64,000 bases of DNA, from the sequence record MK482688.1. One strand, given 5' to 3'. This DNA is from Escherichia phage vB_EcoM_LMP25. The position numbers and the translations under genes are program-made. Every line of letters begins with the position of its first letter. Position 1 is the stretch's first letter. Positions 54,197 to 62,447 of this stretch are shown here, piece after piece. The notes beneath the pieces are model-generated. The model was not told the origin of the DNA. It searched no databases and worked only from the letters and a program-made list of their open reading frames with translations.

Positions 54197-54284
54197 TGGT
54201 GTGCCGTGTAGGAGTCGAACCTACCGAGTCTCAATGACAAGGGATTTACAGTCCCCACCGCTACCATCTACGGGATAACGACAC
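54197..54284 (-). tRNA. tRNA-Tyr (GTA), type II
   Basis: Acceptor GTGTCGT/ACGGCAC, anticodon stem GGGGA/TCCCT with loop CTGTAAA, long variable arm, 88 nt. Confidence 0.7.
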
Positions 54285-54353
54285 ATTTAATTTCTATTCA
54301 GGCTAAGGACTTGCACCTTACAAATCGGTGAGCAATCGCTTCTCTCCTAAATT

Positions 54354-54430
54354 TGGCGGTTAGTCAGGGATTCGAACCCTGTGCCATTCGCTTAACAGGC
54401 GACCGCACATACCTTATGTGCTTCCTAACC
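54354..54430 (-). tRNA. tRNA-Asn (GTT)
   Basis: D-stem GCAC/GTGC, anticodon loop CTGTTAA, T-stem CAGGG/CCCTG. Confidence 0.7.
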
Positions 54431-54443
54431 ATGTTTAGTATTA

Positions 54444-54508
54444 CCAGACCGTATATTTCAATTTTTTCCGCTAAAAATTTAATAAATATTGCTGTAAACG
54501 GTCTTCTG
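54444..54508. repeat. tRNA-spacer repeat, copy c (CCAGACCGT ... TTGCTGTAAACGGTCTTCTG)
   Basis: Inverted arms AGACCGT / ACGGTCT around an AT-rich loop of about 45 nt; ends 6 nt before the next tRNA. Confidence 0.65.
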
Positions 54509-54514
54509 TAAATT

Positions 54515-54591
54515 TGGAGGCGGGTGCAGGAGTCGAACCTGCCGATACCATGCTAATGAGACATGTGAGACGCCCTTTCTCTATACCCGCA
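54515..54591 (-). tRNA. tRNA (CAT), second CAT-anticodon gene; Met or Ile2
   Basis: D-stem GAGA/TCTC, anticodon stem CATGT/GCATG with loop CTCATTA (unusual T37), T-arm GCAGG-TTCGACT-CCTGC, unpaired 1-72. Confidence 0.55.
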
Positions 54592-54602
54592 ATTCTTAAT
54601 GA

Positions 54603-54674
54603 CCAGACCAAATATCTTCTTTGTCCGATTAACTTTCAGATGAGTAGATTAAGTTTGCTGTAATTGGTCTTCTG
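54603..54674. repeat. tRNA-spacer repeat, copy d (CCAGACCAA ... TTGCTGTAATTGGTCTTCTG)
   Basis: Inverted arms AGACCAA / TTGGTCT; ends 7 nt before tRNA-Glu. Confidence 0.65.
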
Positions 54675-54681
54675 TCAAAAC

Positions 54682-54759
54682 TGGCGTTCCAGAAGGGATT
54701 TGAACCCTCAAATATCCACTTTGAAAGAGTGGTGACTTTACCATTTTGTCTACTGGAAC
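54682..54759 (-). tRNA. tRNA-Glu (TTC)
   Basis: Acceptor GTTCCAG/CTGGAAC, perfect anticodon stem CCACT/AGTGG with loop CTTTCAA. Confidence 0.75.
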
Positions 54760-54765
54760 ATTAAT

Positions 54766-54846
54766 TTGGTCTCCGTTGAAGGATTTGAACCCTCGACCCC
54801 TTGCTCCCAAAGCAAGTGCTGCTAAACCAAACTGAGCTAAACGGAG
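54766..54846 (-). tRNA. tRNA-Pro (TGG)
   Basis: Acceptor CTCCGTT/AACGGAG, perfect anticodon stem CTTGC/GCAAG with loop TTTGGGA. Confidence 0.7.
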
Positions 54847-54869
54847 ATAAACTTTTCAAACTCTATGTA

Positions 54870-54901
54870 ACCACTTTAACATTATTTTTTAGTGATTGTC
54901 A
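54870..54901 (-). promoter_or_regulatory. Putative minus-strand promoter (TTGACA-N18-TAAAGT) upstream of the tRNA array
   Basis: TTGACA with a weak -10; carries a variant (TTGTCAAGAACTTTTTT) of the motif at 53431 and 57028. Confidence 0.35.
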
Positions 54902-54965
54902 AGAACTTTTTTAAAATATTTTTCAGTATCTTAGAAAAGCTCTCATTTCGTTTCTATGTAGAACA

Positions 54966-54994
54966 TATTAAAGGGTATTAAACACATTGTCAAT
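54966..54994 (-). promoter_or_regulatory. Sigma70-like promoter TTGACA-N17-TAATAT upstream of the tRNA array
   Basis: Consensus-like hexamers with 17-nt spacing, between the vWA gene stop and the first tRNA. Confidence 0.5.
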
Positions 54995-55011
54995 ACCCTT
55001 TTTAAAACTTT

Positions 55012-56427
55012 TTACCAGATATAACGGTCAATCATTACTGCTTTGAGCATTACACTGATTGGGTCAAACTTCTCACCACCAAGCAGAGCTTTTAAAGTGG
55101 CTGGAGAGAACCCTGATACCATTGCTACACCGTTATCCTTAACAGATACTTCGCAAGTACCATTACGGTTTGCTAAGTACCAGAATACCAGTTGTGGCAT
55201 CTCATATCCAGCTTTTTTGTACTTACTCTGAATTGCTTCAAAGTTTGTACGTCCGTTAGCTCCATCAACCTGATTGAACTCCATATCGGAGAAGATGATA
55301 AGCTTACTTGGCATATCTTTCTGAGTCAAGTTGTTTCTTTTACCTGTCTCAAGAATGCGGTCAAAAGCTGCTTGTAAGTTAGTTGAGCCATATTCAACGT
55401 GTCGCATCACCTGACGATGACGGTTTCGTAAATTACCACTCAGTTCGATGAAGTGAGGGTTTGTTGAATAAACCATCAACTCATCCTTAAAGCAACCTGT
55501 ATTGCGTTCTGCTACATACAAGGCAAGTGATACACCAATATCAAGTGCAGTGATTGAACCAAAATTCACCCAAGACATTGAGCTTGAAACATCAGTCATA
55601 CATAGGATGTTTTCACCTTCTGCCATCCAGTTTGGTAGTGCTTTCCACTGCTCATTAGCAACATCTGCATTACCATACTTGAGAGATTTAATCACATCGT
55701 ATGGATAAACAGCACCAGCATTAATCTTAGTCTCACCTTTTGATAAGGACTCGATGTAAGCTTTGTAACGCTCTCCATCTTTACGGTTAAACAGTTTTTG
55801 GTAACGTGCAGCAGCAAGTGAAGGAATCTTACTGTAGTCAATATTACCAAACTCATTAGCAGAGATTTTTTGTTCAACTGTATCAGATAGTGCAGACAGC
55901 AGTGTGCGGTACTCTTTCTCACTCAAGTTTGCAAACTTGCAGAAACGTTTTACAAACTGCTTATGACGTGGTTTGACTCGTGGTAACCACTTAGCCGCCA
56001 AACCTGCTGTTGCAGGGTCTAGTAATGCTGCTTCTAAATGTTTGAAGGCATCTGTCTCGAAACGAGTACCTACGAAGATTTTGAAGTCATCAAAACGACC
56101 AAGTTCTGCAATCTTATCCATAATGCGAAGAACCTGCGTAGGCTCTAAAACTTTATCTTCAATCGCTTGAAGCAAAACAGTTCTGAAGGCTTTACGCTCA
56201 CCCATACCTTCTCGTACATCTCGCATATGCAGTAAAATACGAACTGCAACATCAACATCCTCACGCAAAGCTTTGTAGAACAAGTCTGGTAAGATTTCTA
56301 CATTGCTACGGCTTGAACCAGCAGCTTTGTAAAAATCTACAAGAGCAGACATTGATGAAGTATGGTTTACAGCACCATTTTCAGTTCGACCTGCATGAAG
56401 GTGCGCATGTTTAAATAACTCGCTCAT
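55012..56427 (-). CDS. von Willebrand factor A (vWA) domain protein with helical N-terminal domain; possible Ro60/TROVE-like RNA-binding protein
   Basis: 471 aa; MIDAS motif DVSSSM (DxSxS) at about residue 296 starts a ~175-aa C-terminal vWA-like region; ~290-aa helical N-terminus. Encoded directly upstream of the tRNA array. Confidence 0.5.
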   Translation of the reverse strand: MSELFKHAHLHAGRTENGAVNHTSSMSALVDFYKAAGSSRSNVEILPDLFYKALREDVDVAVRILLHMRDVREGMGERKAFRTVLLQAIEDKVLEPTQVLRIMDKIAELGRFDDFKIFVGTRFETDAFKHLEAALLDPATAGLAAKWLPRVKPRHKQFVKRFCKFANLSEKEYRTLLSALSDTVEQKISANEFGNIDYSKIPSLAAARYQKLFNRKDGERYKAYIESLSKGETKINAGAVYPYDVIKSLKYGNADVANEQWKALPNWMAEGENILCMTDVSSSMSWVNFGSITALDIGVSLALYVAERNTGCFKDELMVYSTNPHFIELSGNLRNRHRQVMRHVEYGSTNLQAAFDRILETGKRNNLTQKDMPSKLIIFSDMEFNQVDGANGRTNFEAIQSKYKKAGYEMPQLVFWYLANRNGTCEVSVKDNGVAMVSGFSPATLKALLGGEKFDPISVMLKAVMIDRYIW

Positions 56428-56508
56428 ATTTTACTCTCTTCTCTCATTTGTTGTTTGATGTGACAGACTTTAGAGTAACTTTATAGAGTCTGTCAACATC
56501 TTTTAAAA

Positions 56509-56880
56509 TTATTTTTTAAGGGTTGCAACAGCAGAGAACGTTGGTTTGTTGTCTGTCTGAGACTGACCACCGTTATCAGGAGTCTTCTTAGTGTCTGCTG
56601 CAATTGCTTTCATCTCACCTGCTGAGTGAGTCATGATAGTTTTACCGACCTCAATCATACTCTTGATGGTTACATCGTCTGTGTTTAACCCGAACTCTGC
56701 AAGCTTAGCAGCATCCCTTGTAACAATCGCCTCAAACAGCTTTGCAGCAAACTCAGCAGAATTATCAATGGTCAGTTGAGCTTTTACGAGTGAGCTTTTG
56801 TTACGAGAGCCTTTTGGTCTTCCAGATGGGTTTCCAGACTGGCCTTTTTTAAACTGGCCTTTGTTTGTTCTGTTTTTCAT
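56509..56880 (-). CDS. Hypothetical protein (basic, G/K-rich N-terminus)
   Basis: 123 aa; first gene of the minus-strand unit leading into the vWA gene and tRNA array. Confidence 0.4.
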   Translation of the reverse strand: MKNRTNKGQFKKGQSGNPSGRPKGSRNKSSLVKAQLTIDNSAEFAAKLFEAIVTRDAAKLAEFGLNTDDVTIKSMIEVGKTIMTHSAGEMKAIAADTKKTPDNGGQSQTDNKPTFSAVATLKK

Positions 56881-57005
56881 TGGTATGCCTCTTATAAGAC
56901 CTCTTAAAAGGCTTTTAAGATAAAAGATAGATATCCAGAAAGATATCTGTTTAAATAGCCTTTTTAGAGGAACCTTTTAAGTTATCTTCTAAGTATTTAT
57001 AAGCC

Positions 57006-57031
57006 TACACCTTGTCAAGTACTTTGTCAAC
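57006..57031. promoter_or_regulatory. Conserved ~25-bp box (second copy of the 14565-14589 motif) in a divergent intergenic region
   Basis: ACACCTTGTCAAGTACTTTGTCAAC; one TTGACA on the minus strand sits 17 nt from TAGGCT, a possible weak -10. Confidence 0.5.
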
Positions 57032-57128
57032 AACTTTTTTAACTTGCAATAGTTCTTGACTTGTTGTATGGATTACTGTACCATCTTACTTAAGCTGTAG
57101 GTCTGCCTTGTTCTACAAAGGAGACTTA

Positions 57129-57290
57129 ATGAGAAAATCAAACAACCCGAAGAAAGGTAAAAATACCAATCACTGTAAGGAATCAAAAAGGGTAGAGTTA
57201 CTCTACTATTCATCCTCTGAAATTGGTCTGTACCTGTTCTTTCAAAATTACAGAAGACAAGAGGATTATCTATGTGTAGTTCCCAATTAG
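57129..57290 (+). CDS. Hypothetical small protein
   Basis: ORF 57108..57290 trimmed to the ATG at 57129 (AAGGAGA RBS). Confidence 0.3.
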   Translation: MRKSNNPKKGKNTNHCKESKRVELLYYSSSEIGLYLFFQNYRRQEDYLCVVPN

Positions 57291-57505
57291 AAATCGCAGA
57301 TATTATAGATTTATATAAAACTGCAAAGAGTCATGGCTATATAACCTCAATTGGAAAGAATAGTCACTACGATGCTTTGACTGGAATGTATTTCAGGGCA
57401 ATGGCTCAATCTAGTGAACAACACTTAATGGTTTCTTCCAGTGAGTTTACTTCGTTTCTCTATTGCAGCAAAATTATAAATCGCAGGAGAACTGAAAAAT
57501 GTTAA
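57272..57505 (+). CDS. Hypothetical protein
   Basis: 77 aa; AGAGGA RBS. Confidence 0.35.
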   Translation: MCSSQLEIADIIDLYKTAKSHGYITSIGKNSHYDALTGMYFRAMAQSSEQHLMVSSSEFTSFLYCSKIINRRRTEKC

Positions 57506-58089
57506 CAGTAAGTTTTAATTACAATAGTGATGGCTCTGTATCAATTAATTCACCATATGCAAATGACCTACTTAAAGAGCTAGTCAATCAGTGTGGTAGA
57601 GGTCTTCACTATGTTCAAAATTCTTTTAAACAGAAGACTATTGCTAATAACTTGATGCGTGTAACAGTAACGGCATCGAATCCAAATTATGACTTTGATA
57701 GTGAAAGTCCGTATTCATTAGTTGCGCTTGGAGAGAGCAGCCAATTCAAACTTGTTTGCCACGACTCAGAAACATTCCTTAAGGTATTTTCCAACCTTAT
57801 CCATAATAATAAGTACAGCTACGTTGATGGTAGTGTAAATTTCTATCCAGCAAACTATACATGTTTGTTGGTTGATAATATGAGAAAAAGTAAGCAAGAG
57901 CCTACGGAAATTTCATTTGATGTGAACTCTAGTCCAGACGCAGAAACAAGTAAGAACTTTGATATGAGTTACGCATTGTCACTCAGTAAGAAATCCGAGT
58001 TCATTGATTATGTCAATGGATTTGGTTTTAAGTTTGATGAGAGTATGAATCTTAAAAAACTTAAGAACCTACTTAAGACCAAAGCTTAA
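57499..58089 (+). CDS. Hypothetical protein
   Basis: 196 aa. Confidence 0.4.
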   Translation: MLTVSFNYNSDGSVSINSPYANDLLKELVNQCGRGLHYVQNSFKQKTIANNLMRVTVTASNPNYDFDSESPYSLVALGESSQFKLVCHDSETFLKVFSNLIHNNKYSYVDGSVNFYPANYTCLLVDNMRKSKQEPTEISFDVNSSPDAETSKNFDMSYALSLSKKSEFIDYVNGFGFKFDESMNLKKLKNLLKTKA

Positions 58090-58136
58090 GTGTGAATAGG
58101 GGCTTATGCCCCTTTAACTATTTATAAGGATATTTA

Positions 58137-58508
58137 ATGAAAGCTAAGAGTGCAAAAGACTTTTATTGCTTCCTACAATCCTATATCAATTCCGTGCAAA
58201 ATGGTGAAAGGTACAACCTTAATGATGTTATCCCAACACCTTTGACATGGAGACTCAGTAAATGGCCTGAAGAAGATATTACACCAACAAGCGAACAGCG
58301 TACCTACAAACCTGAAATCAATATTCCAGACTCTGAGAATCTATTATACCCAATGTTCCATATTGTTGGTCTTGGAAGATTCCTTATGGATATCCAGTAT
58401 GTAATTGGTAAAGGCTATAAGGTTAAAGGTATTGTCGTTGGTGATGTATCTCCGAATCACAAAGGTTATTTTAGACTAAACGCACATTTAGAGGCTGAAA
58501 AGAAATGA
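58137..58508 (+). CDS. Hypothetical protein, paralogous to the N-terminal domain of the next gene
   Basis: 123 aa; aligns with residues 1-120 of the 58505 product (KAK..DF..F...I..V..G.RY ... WPE.DI ... Y.KP ... LLY ... FMD.QY.I..GK). Confidence 0.45.
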   Translation: MKAKSAKDFYCFLQSYINSVQNGERYNLNDVIPTPLTWRLSKWPEEDITPTSEQRTYKPEINIPDSENLLYPMFHIVGLGRFLMDIQYVIGKGYKVKGIVVGDVSPNHKGYFRLNAHLEAEKK

Positions 58509-59638
58509 TTAAAGCAAAGACTTACCCAGACTTCAAAGAGTTTGTGAAGGGCTTCATTGCAAACGTAAAGGCTGGTAAGAGATATGATTTTAGAACATAT
58601 CAAGAGGCTATTTTACCACTTACCTATAGCTCGTATTGGCCTGAAGCTGATATTGCAGAAGTTGAGAAGTTTGACTATAAACCAGACTACAAAGTTCCAT
58701 TTAGTGATGAGTTGCTTTACAGTGTTGGTGCTCAAATGAGAACTTCTGACTTCTTCATGGACTTACAATATGCAATTATCAATGGTAAAGACGTTGATAC
58801 AGTTTATTGTGAATGGCTGGCAAGAGTTAAACCATTCTCAATGTTGAATGCTAAGTTGAAGGGCGCTATCAAGCCACCATCAATCACTCAGCAACCAACC
58901 AATCAAACAGTAAATGAAGGTGGTACACTTACCCTAAGCGTTATTGCAACTAATGCCACTGGATATCAATGGAAAAAGGATGGTGAGGATATCACTAGCG
59001 CCACATCTGCAACCTACACAAAACAGTCTGTAGAACCTTCTGATGCCGGTTCATACACTTGTGTTGTATCTGGAGAGGCTGGGACAAGCGTTACCTCAGA
59101 TGCGGCAACAGTTACTGTCAACACACTGCCTGTGATTACACAACAACCTTCTAGCCAGACCGTCAATGAGGGTGGAAACATCAACTTGGAAGTGACTGCA
59201 ACAGGTGCAACAGGTTATCAGTGGAAGAAAGATGGCTCTGACATTCCTTCGGCTACAGATGCAACCTATAGTAAGTCTGGTGCTCTGCCAGCAGATGCAG
59301 GTTCATACACTTGCGTTGTAACAGGTGCAGGTGGTTCTGTCACTTCTAACCCTGCAACCGTTACTGTGAAAGCTTTACCAGTTATCACTCAACAGCCAAC
59401 CAATCAAGAAATCACTGAAGGTGAGACCTTAACGCTGAATGTTGTGGCAACAGGTGCGACAGGTTACCAATGGAAGAAAGGTGAGGAAGACATCCTCGAT
59501 GCAACTACTGCAACTTACACCAAAGAAGGTGCAACCGCTGCTGATGCAGGAAGCTACACCTGTGTAGTTACTGGTGCAGGTGGCTCTGTAACATCCAATG
59601 CAGCAACAGTTACAGTTAACCCAGCAGGGGAGGCGTAA
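58505..59638 (+). CDS. Protein with duplicated N-terminal domain and three tandem Ig-like repeats (Hoc-like surface protein candidate)
   Basis: 377 aa; three ~85-aa repeats (ITQQP(T/S)(N/S)Q.(V/I).EG..L.L.V.ATGATGYQWKK...Y.. ...DAGSYTCVV(T/S)G.(A/G)G.S.TS..ATVTV), an Ig I-set-like pattern. Confidence 0.5.
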   Translation: MIKAKTYPDFKEFVKGFIANVKAGKRYDFRTYQEAILPLTYSSYWPEADIAEVEKFDYKPDYKVPFSDELLYSVGAQMRTSDFFMDLQYAIINGKDVDTVYCEWLARVKPFSMLNAKLKGAIKPPSITQQPTNQTVNEGGTLTLSVIATNATGYQWKKDGEDITSATSATYTKQSVEPSDAGSYTCVVSGEAGTSVTSDAATVTVNTLPVITQQPSSQTVNEGGNINLEVTATGATGYQWKKDGSDIPSATDATYSKSGALPADAGSYTCVVTGAGGSVTSNPATVTVKALPVITQQPTNQEITEGETLTLNVVATGATGYQWKKGEEDILDATTATYTKEGATAADAGSYTCVVTGAGGSVTSNAATVTVNPAGEA

Positions 59639-60102
59639 TGCAACTCTCAAGAAAAGGTTTAGATGCTATTAAGTTCTTCGAAGGTCTGGAGTTAGAGGCT
59701 TACGAAGATTCTGCCGGAATCCCAACAATCGGGTATGGGACAATCCGTATTGACGGAAAACCTGTTAAGATGGGTATGAAAATTACTGCTGAACAAGCTG
59801 AACAGTATCTTCTCGCGGATGTTGAGAAGTTTGTTGCAGCAGTGAACAAAGCTATCAAGGTTCCAACTACTCAGAATGAGTTCGATGCACTTGTAAGTGA
59901 AACATACAACATCGGTATCACAGCTATGCAGGATTCCACATTTATCAAGCGCCACAATGCTGGTAATAAGGTAGGTTGTGCAGAAGCTATGCAGTGGTGG
60001 AACAAGGTTACAGTCAAAGGTAAGAAGGTCACTTCAAACGGTCTGAAAAACAGACGTAGAATGGAAGCTGACATTTATCTTGACAGTGTATACCCAAAGT
60101 AA
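59638..60102 (+). CDS. Endolysin, glycoside hydrolase family 24 lysozyme
   Basis: FFEGLELEAYEDSAGIPTIGYGT matches the catalytic Glu/Asp region of lambda/T4-type lysozymes. Confidence 0.7.
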   Translation: MQLSRKGLDAIKFFEGLELEAYEDSAGIPTIGYGTIRIDGKPVKMGMKITAEQAEQYLLADVEKFVAAVNKAIKVPTTQNEFDALVSETYNIGITAMQDSTFIKRHNAGNKVGCAEAMQWWNKVTVKGKKVTSNGLKNRRRMEADIYLDSVYPK

Positions 60103-60112
60103 TATCTTCATA

Positions 60113-60140
60113 GGCTCCTTCGGGAGCCTTTTTTATTTTC
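60113..60140 (+). terminator. Intrinsic terminator GGCTCC-TTCG-GGAGCC followed by TTTTTTATTTT
   Basis: Perfect 6-bp GC stem, TTCG loop, T-run; directly after the lysozyme stop. Confidence 0.6.
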
Positions 60141-60153
60141 TAAGGAGAAAGCT

Positions 60154-60552
60154 ATGAAACTTTGGGCTAGTGACTTTGGAACTTTTAAGTACACTCGTAA
60201 TGGCTCGCTTGTACGCATTGTCGGGAACAATGTGGTTTCAAGAGGTGACAAGGTATATACACGGTTTACTGTAGAGCTTGTTGAGCTGTCACCTATTGAG
60301 TCTGTGAACAATGGCCTGTTTAAGTTTGAGACTTACAATGTCAACGAACATGGACAATTCAACCCTCTTGGTGAAAGTGGACTTGATATTATTTCAGAGC
60401 ACCCATTGACAAAAGAGCAACTCGCAAGTTATTATAAAACTGTTCTGGAAAGGCAGTTAGCAACACATGAACAAGAAGCTAACTATCATTTACAACATTG
60501 CGAAGCTTTAAGAGCAAAAATAGAACAAGCAGAGAGAGGTTTTTATGAATAA
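60154..60552 (+). CDS. Hypothetical protein
   Basis: 132 aa. Confidence 0.4.
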   Translation: MKLWASDFGTFKYTRNGSLVRIVGNNVVSRGDKVYTRFTVELVELSPIESVNNGLFKFETYNVNEHGQFNPLGESGLDIISEHPLTKEQLASYYKTVLERQLATHEQEANYHLQHCEALRAKIEQAERGFYE

Positions 60553-60934
60553 AGAGATTCAAGTAAAAGTTGACACCTTTGGCCATGATGGTCGAGAAGA
60601 TGCTGGACTTGCTGACGCAGTGATTTTTGAGTGTAATGGAAATATTAGTCTTCGCTTTACAGGCTCAGGTAGCACCCTTCGCAGAATGCGAGATGATGCA
60701 GATGGTTGCCCTGTATTTGGCTGGTATGACATGGAGTTTCCTCTTTACGCCATCCATTATCCAGATGGTGGAGAAGACTGGACAACTCAATCAATCCGAG
60801 ATGAGCTTAATGGCATTCCAGTTGAGCAAGAAGAGCAAGAGCCTGTTGAACTCACATTCACTTTTATCAAAGAAGAGAAAGTTGGTGATTTGTCTGTAAC
60901 TGAAGCAATTCAAGTCTCACAGGTTATTCGTTAA
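60545..60934 (+). CDS. Hypothetical protein
   Basis: 129 aa. Confidence 0.4.
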   Translation: MNKEIQVKVDTFGHDGREDAGLADAVIFECNGNISLRFTGSGSTLRRMRDDADGCPVFGWYDMEFPLYAIHYPDGGEDWTTQSIRDELNGIPVEQEEQEPVELTFTFIKEEKVGDLSVTEAIQVSQVIR

Positions 60935-61227
60935 TGAGTAAAGTACAGGTTGTTTTCCCTATTTGTGACTTCTCACTAGAGCGTGAACTTGACCTGTACG
61001 AAGAAATTACTGACGAAATTATCTGGTCTGTTGTAGAAGAGGCTATCAAGAAGCTGTATGGTGGCCTCTTAAACCCATCAAGTAAGAAGTTAAGCACTAA
61101 GCAAGTAGCTGATACATACGTTTCATATGATGCCTATAACAAACCTTTTGAAAATACCTGCTTTGACCTTATGGTAGGTAATAACAAAGTCAACTATTTC
61201 TTCGTCAGAGAGTTTAACGATGAGTAA
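60934..61227 (+). CDS. Hypothetical protein
   Basis: 97 aa. Confidence 0.4.
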   Translation: MSKVQVVFPICDFSLERELDLYEEITDEIIWSVVEEAIKKLYGGLLNPSSKKLSTKQVADTYVSYDAYNKPFENTCFDLMVGNNKVNYFFVREFNDE

Positions 61228-61564
61228 GCTCCATGTCACAGTGTACAAAAACTTCTCAGATATCAAAGAGTCTTTAACAAACAAGCTTGATATGCAACGG
61301 AAAAGACTCTTTTTAATGTATGACATAGACAACTACAACCATCCTAAAGAGTTTAACTACAAAGATGGTACAAAGGTTGTTGAGTTTGAAGATTCTGTGA
61401 CGGTGTATGTAAAATATGACTTACCAGCAAAGTATATAGGGATGTTAGAGTACTACATATTCAAACATACTGGTATGCGTGGTGAGTCTGTCAAGATATC
61501 TTCTGTAGAAGTTTTTGAGAAACCTAACACACAACTTAAAAAGTATTTAATGAGGAAACTGTAA
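61220..61564 (+). CDS. Hypothetical protein
   Basis: 114 aa. Confidence 0.4.
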   Translation: MSKLHVTVYKNFSDIKESLTNKLDMQRKRLFLMYDIDNYNHPKEFNYKDGTKVVEFEDSVTVYVKYDLPAKYIGMLEYYIFKHTGMRGESVKISSVEVFEKPNTQLKKYLMRKL

Positions 61565-62145
61565 TGTCCGAAGAGCAACAGAGTATCACTCCACAAGTGA
61601 CCTTAGTACAACATTTTGGAAACATCGAAGGGTGTATTGCACTTTTTCAACCAAGTATCAATTCTCCTGCAAAAGTCTGTAAGTTGACTATGAATGTCAA
61701 CAACATCAGTGTTTGTCTTGTTGAGGAAGTCCAGTACTTCAAGTTTAATGATAGAGAAGTTGATGCTGCACTTTTGAAGTATCGAGCCAATCTTGAAAAA
61801 GACATTGACCATAAAGAGCTTGTAACACTGTTTGGTGACCTTCACAAGCTTCTTGAAAAGGTTATTAAGCGTACATACTACATGAACAATGGTTCAATTA
61901 TAACCACTCTGATTTCACCGTGTATCTCAGAGCCAATCCTTACTGATGATGGCGGGTACTATGTTGTAGCATCAGCAGATTCTGGTTGGTGGATGAAGAA
62001 TACAGCACTTAAGACGGTTATTGAAGCTATTCGTGAACATATCCCTTCATTCAGCCCGTGGAAAGGCAAAGGTGACGATTTTATCGCACTATTGAGTGAA
62101 GAGAGTAACAAACGTAGCGCATTACTGCCTAAAAAATACTCTTGA
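61564..62145 (+). CDS. Hypothetical protein
   Basis: 193 aa. Confidence 0.4.
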   Translation: MSEEQQSITPQVTLVQHFGNIEGCIALFQPSINSPAKVCKLTMNVNNISVCLVEEVQYFKFNDREVDAALLKYRANLEKDIDHKELVTLFGDLHKLLEKVIKRTYYMNNGSIITTLISPCISEPILTDDGGYYVVASADSGWWMKNTALKTVIEAIREHIPSFSPWKGKGDDFIALLSEESNKRSALLPKKYS

Positions 62146-62213
62146 CCGAATATACAATGTTAACTATGATGGGAGCTATCGAGAGGTAGTTCCCTTTTTA
62201 GTTTCTCAAGAAG

Positions 62214-62447
62214 ATGCGTGGTGAAAGAATGAAAAAACTAACTACAGTTGAAGATTACTACAAACTGTCCCTGTTAGAGCAATATCGTAGAAGTCAGAAT
62301 ATAAGAAAGTGCTATGGTAAACACGCTGAAGGTGACTTTTACCGTTGCTACGATGCAGATTTAAAAGGCGTAACACCTAGAGGGAGAGTCCTGCAAAGAC
62401 TTGTTGACCTTGAGTGGAATAAACGATTGAGAGGGATTGGAAAATGA
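62214..62447 (+). CDS. Hypothetical protein
   Basis: 77 aa (the true start may be the ATG at 62229). Confidence 0.35.
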   Translation: MRGERMKKLTTVEDYYKLSLLEQYRRSQNIRKCYGKHAEGDFYRCYDADLKGVTPRGRVLQRLVDLEWNKRLRGIGK

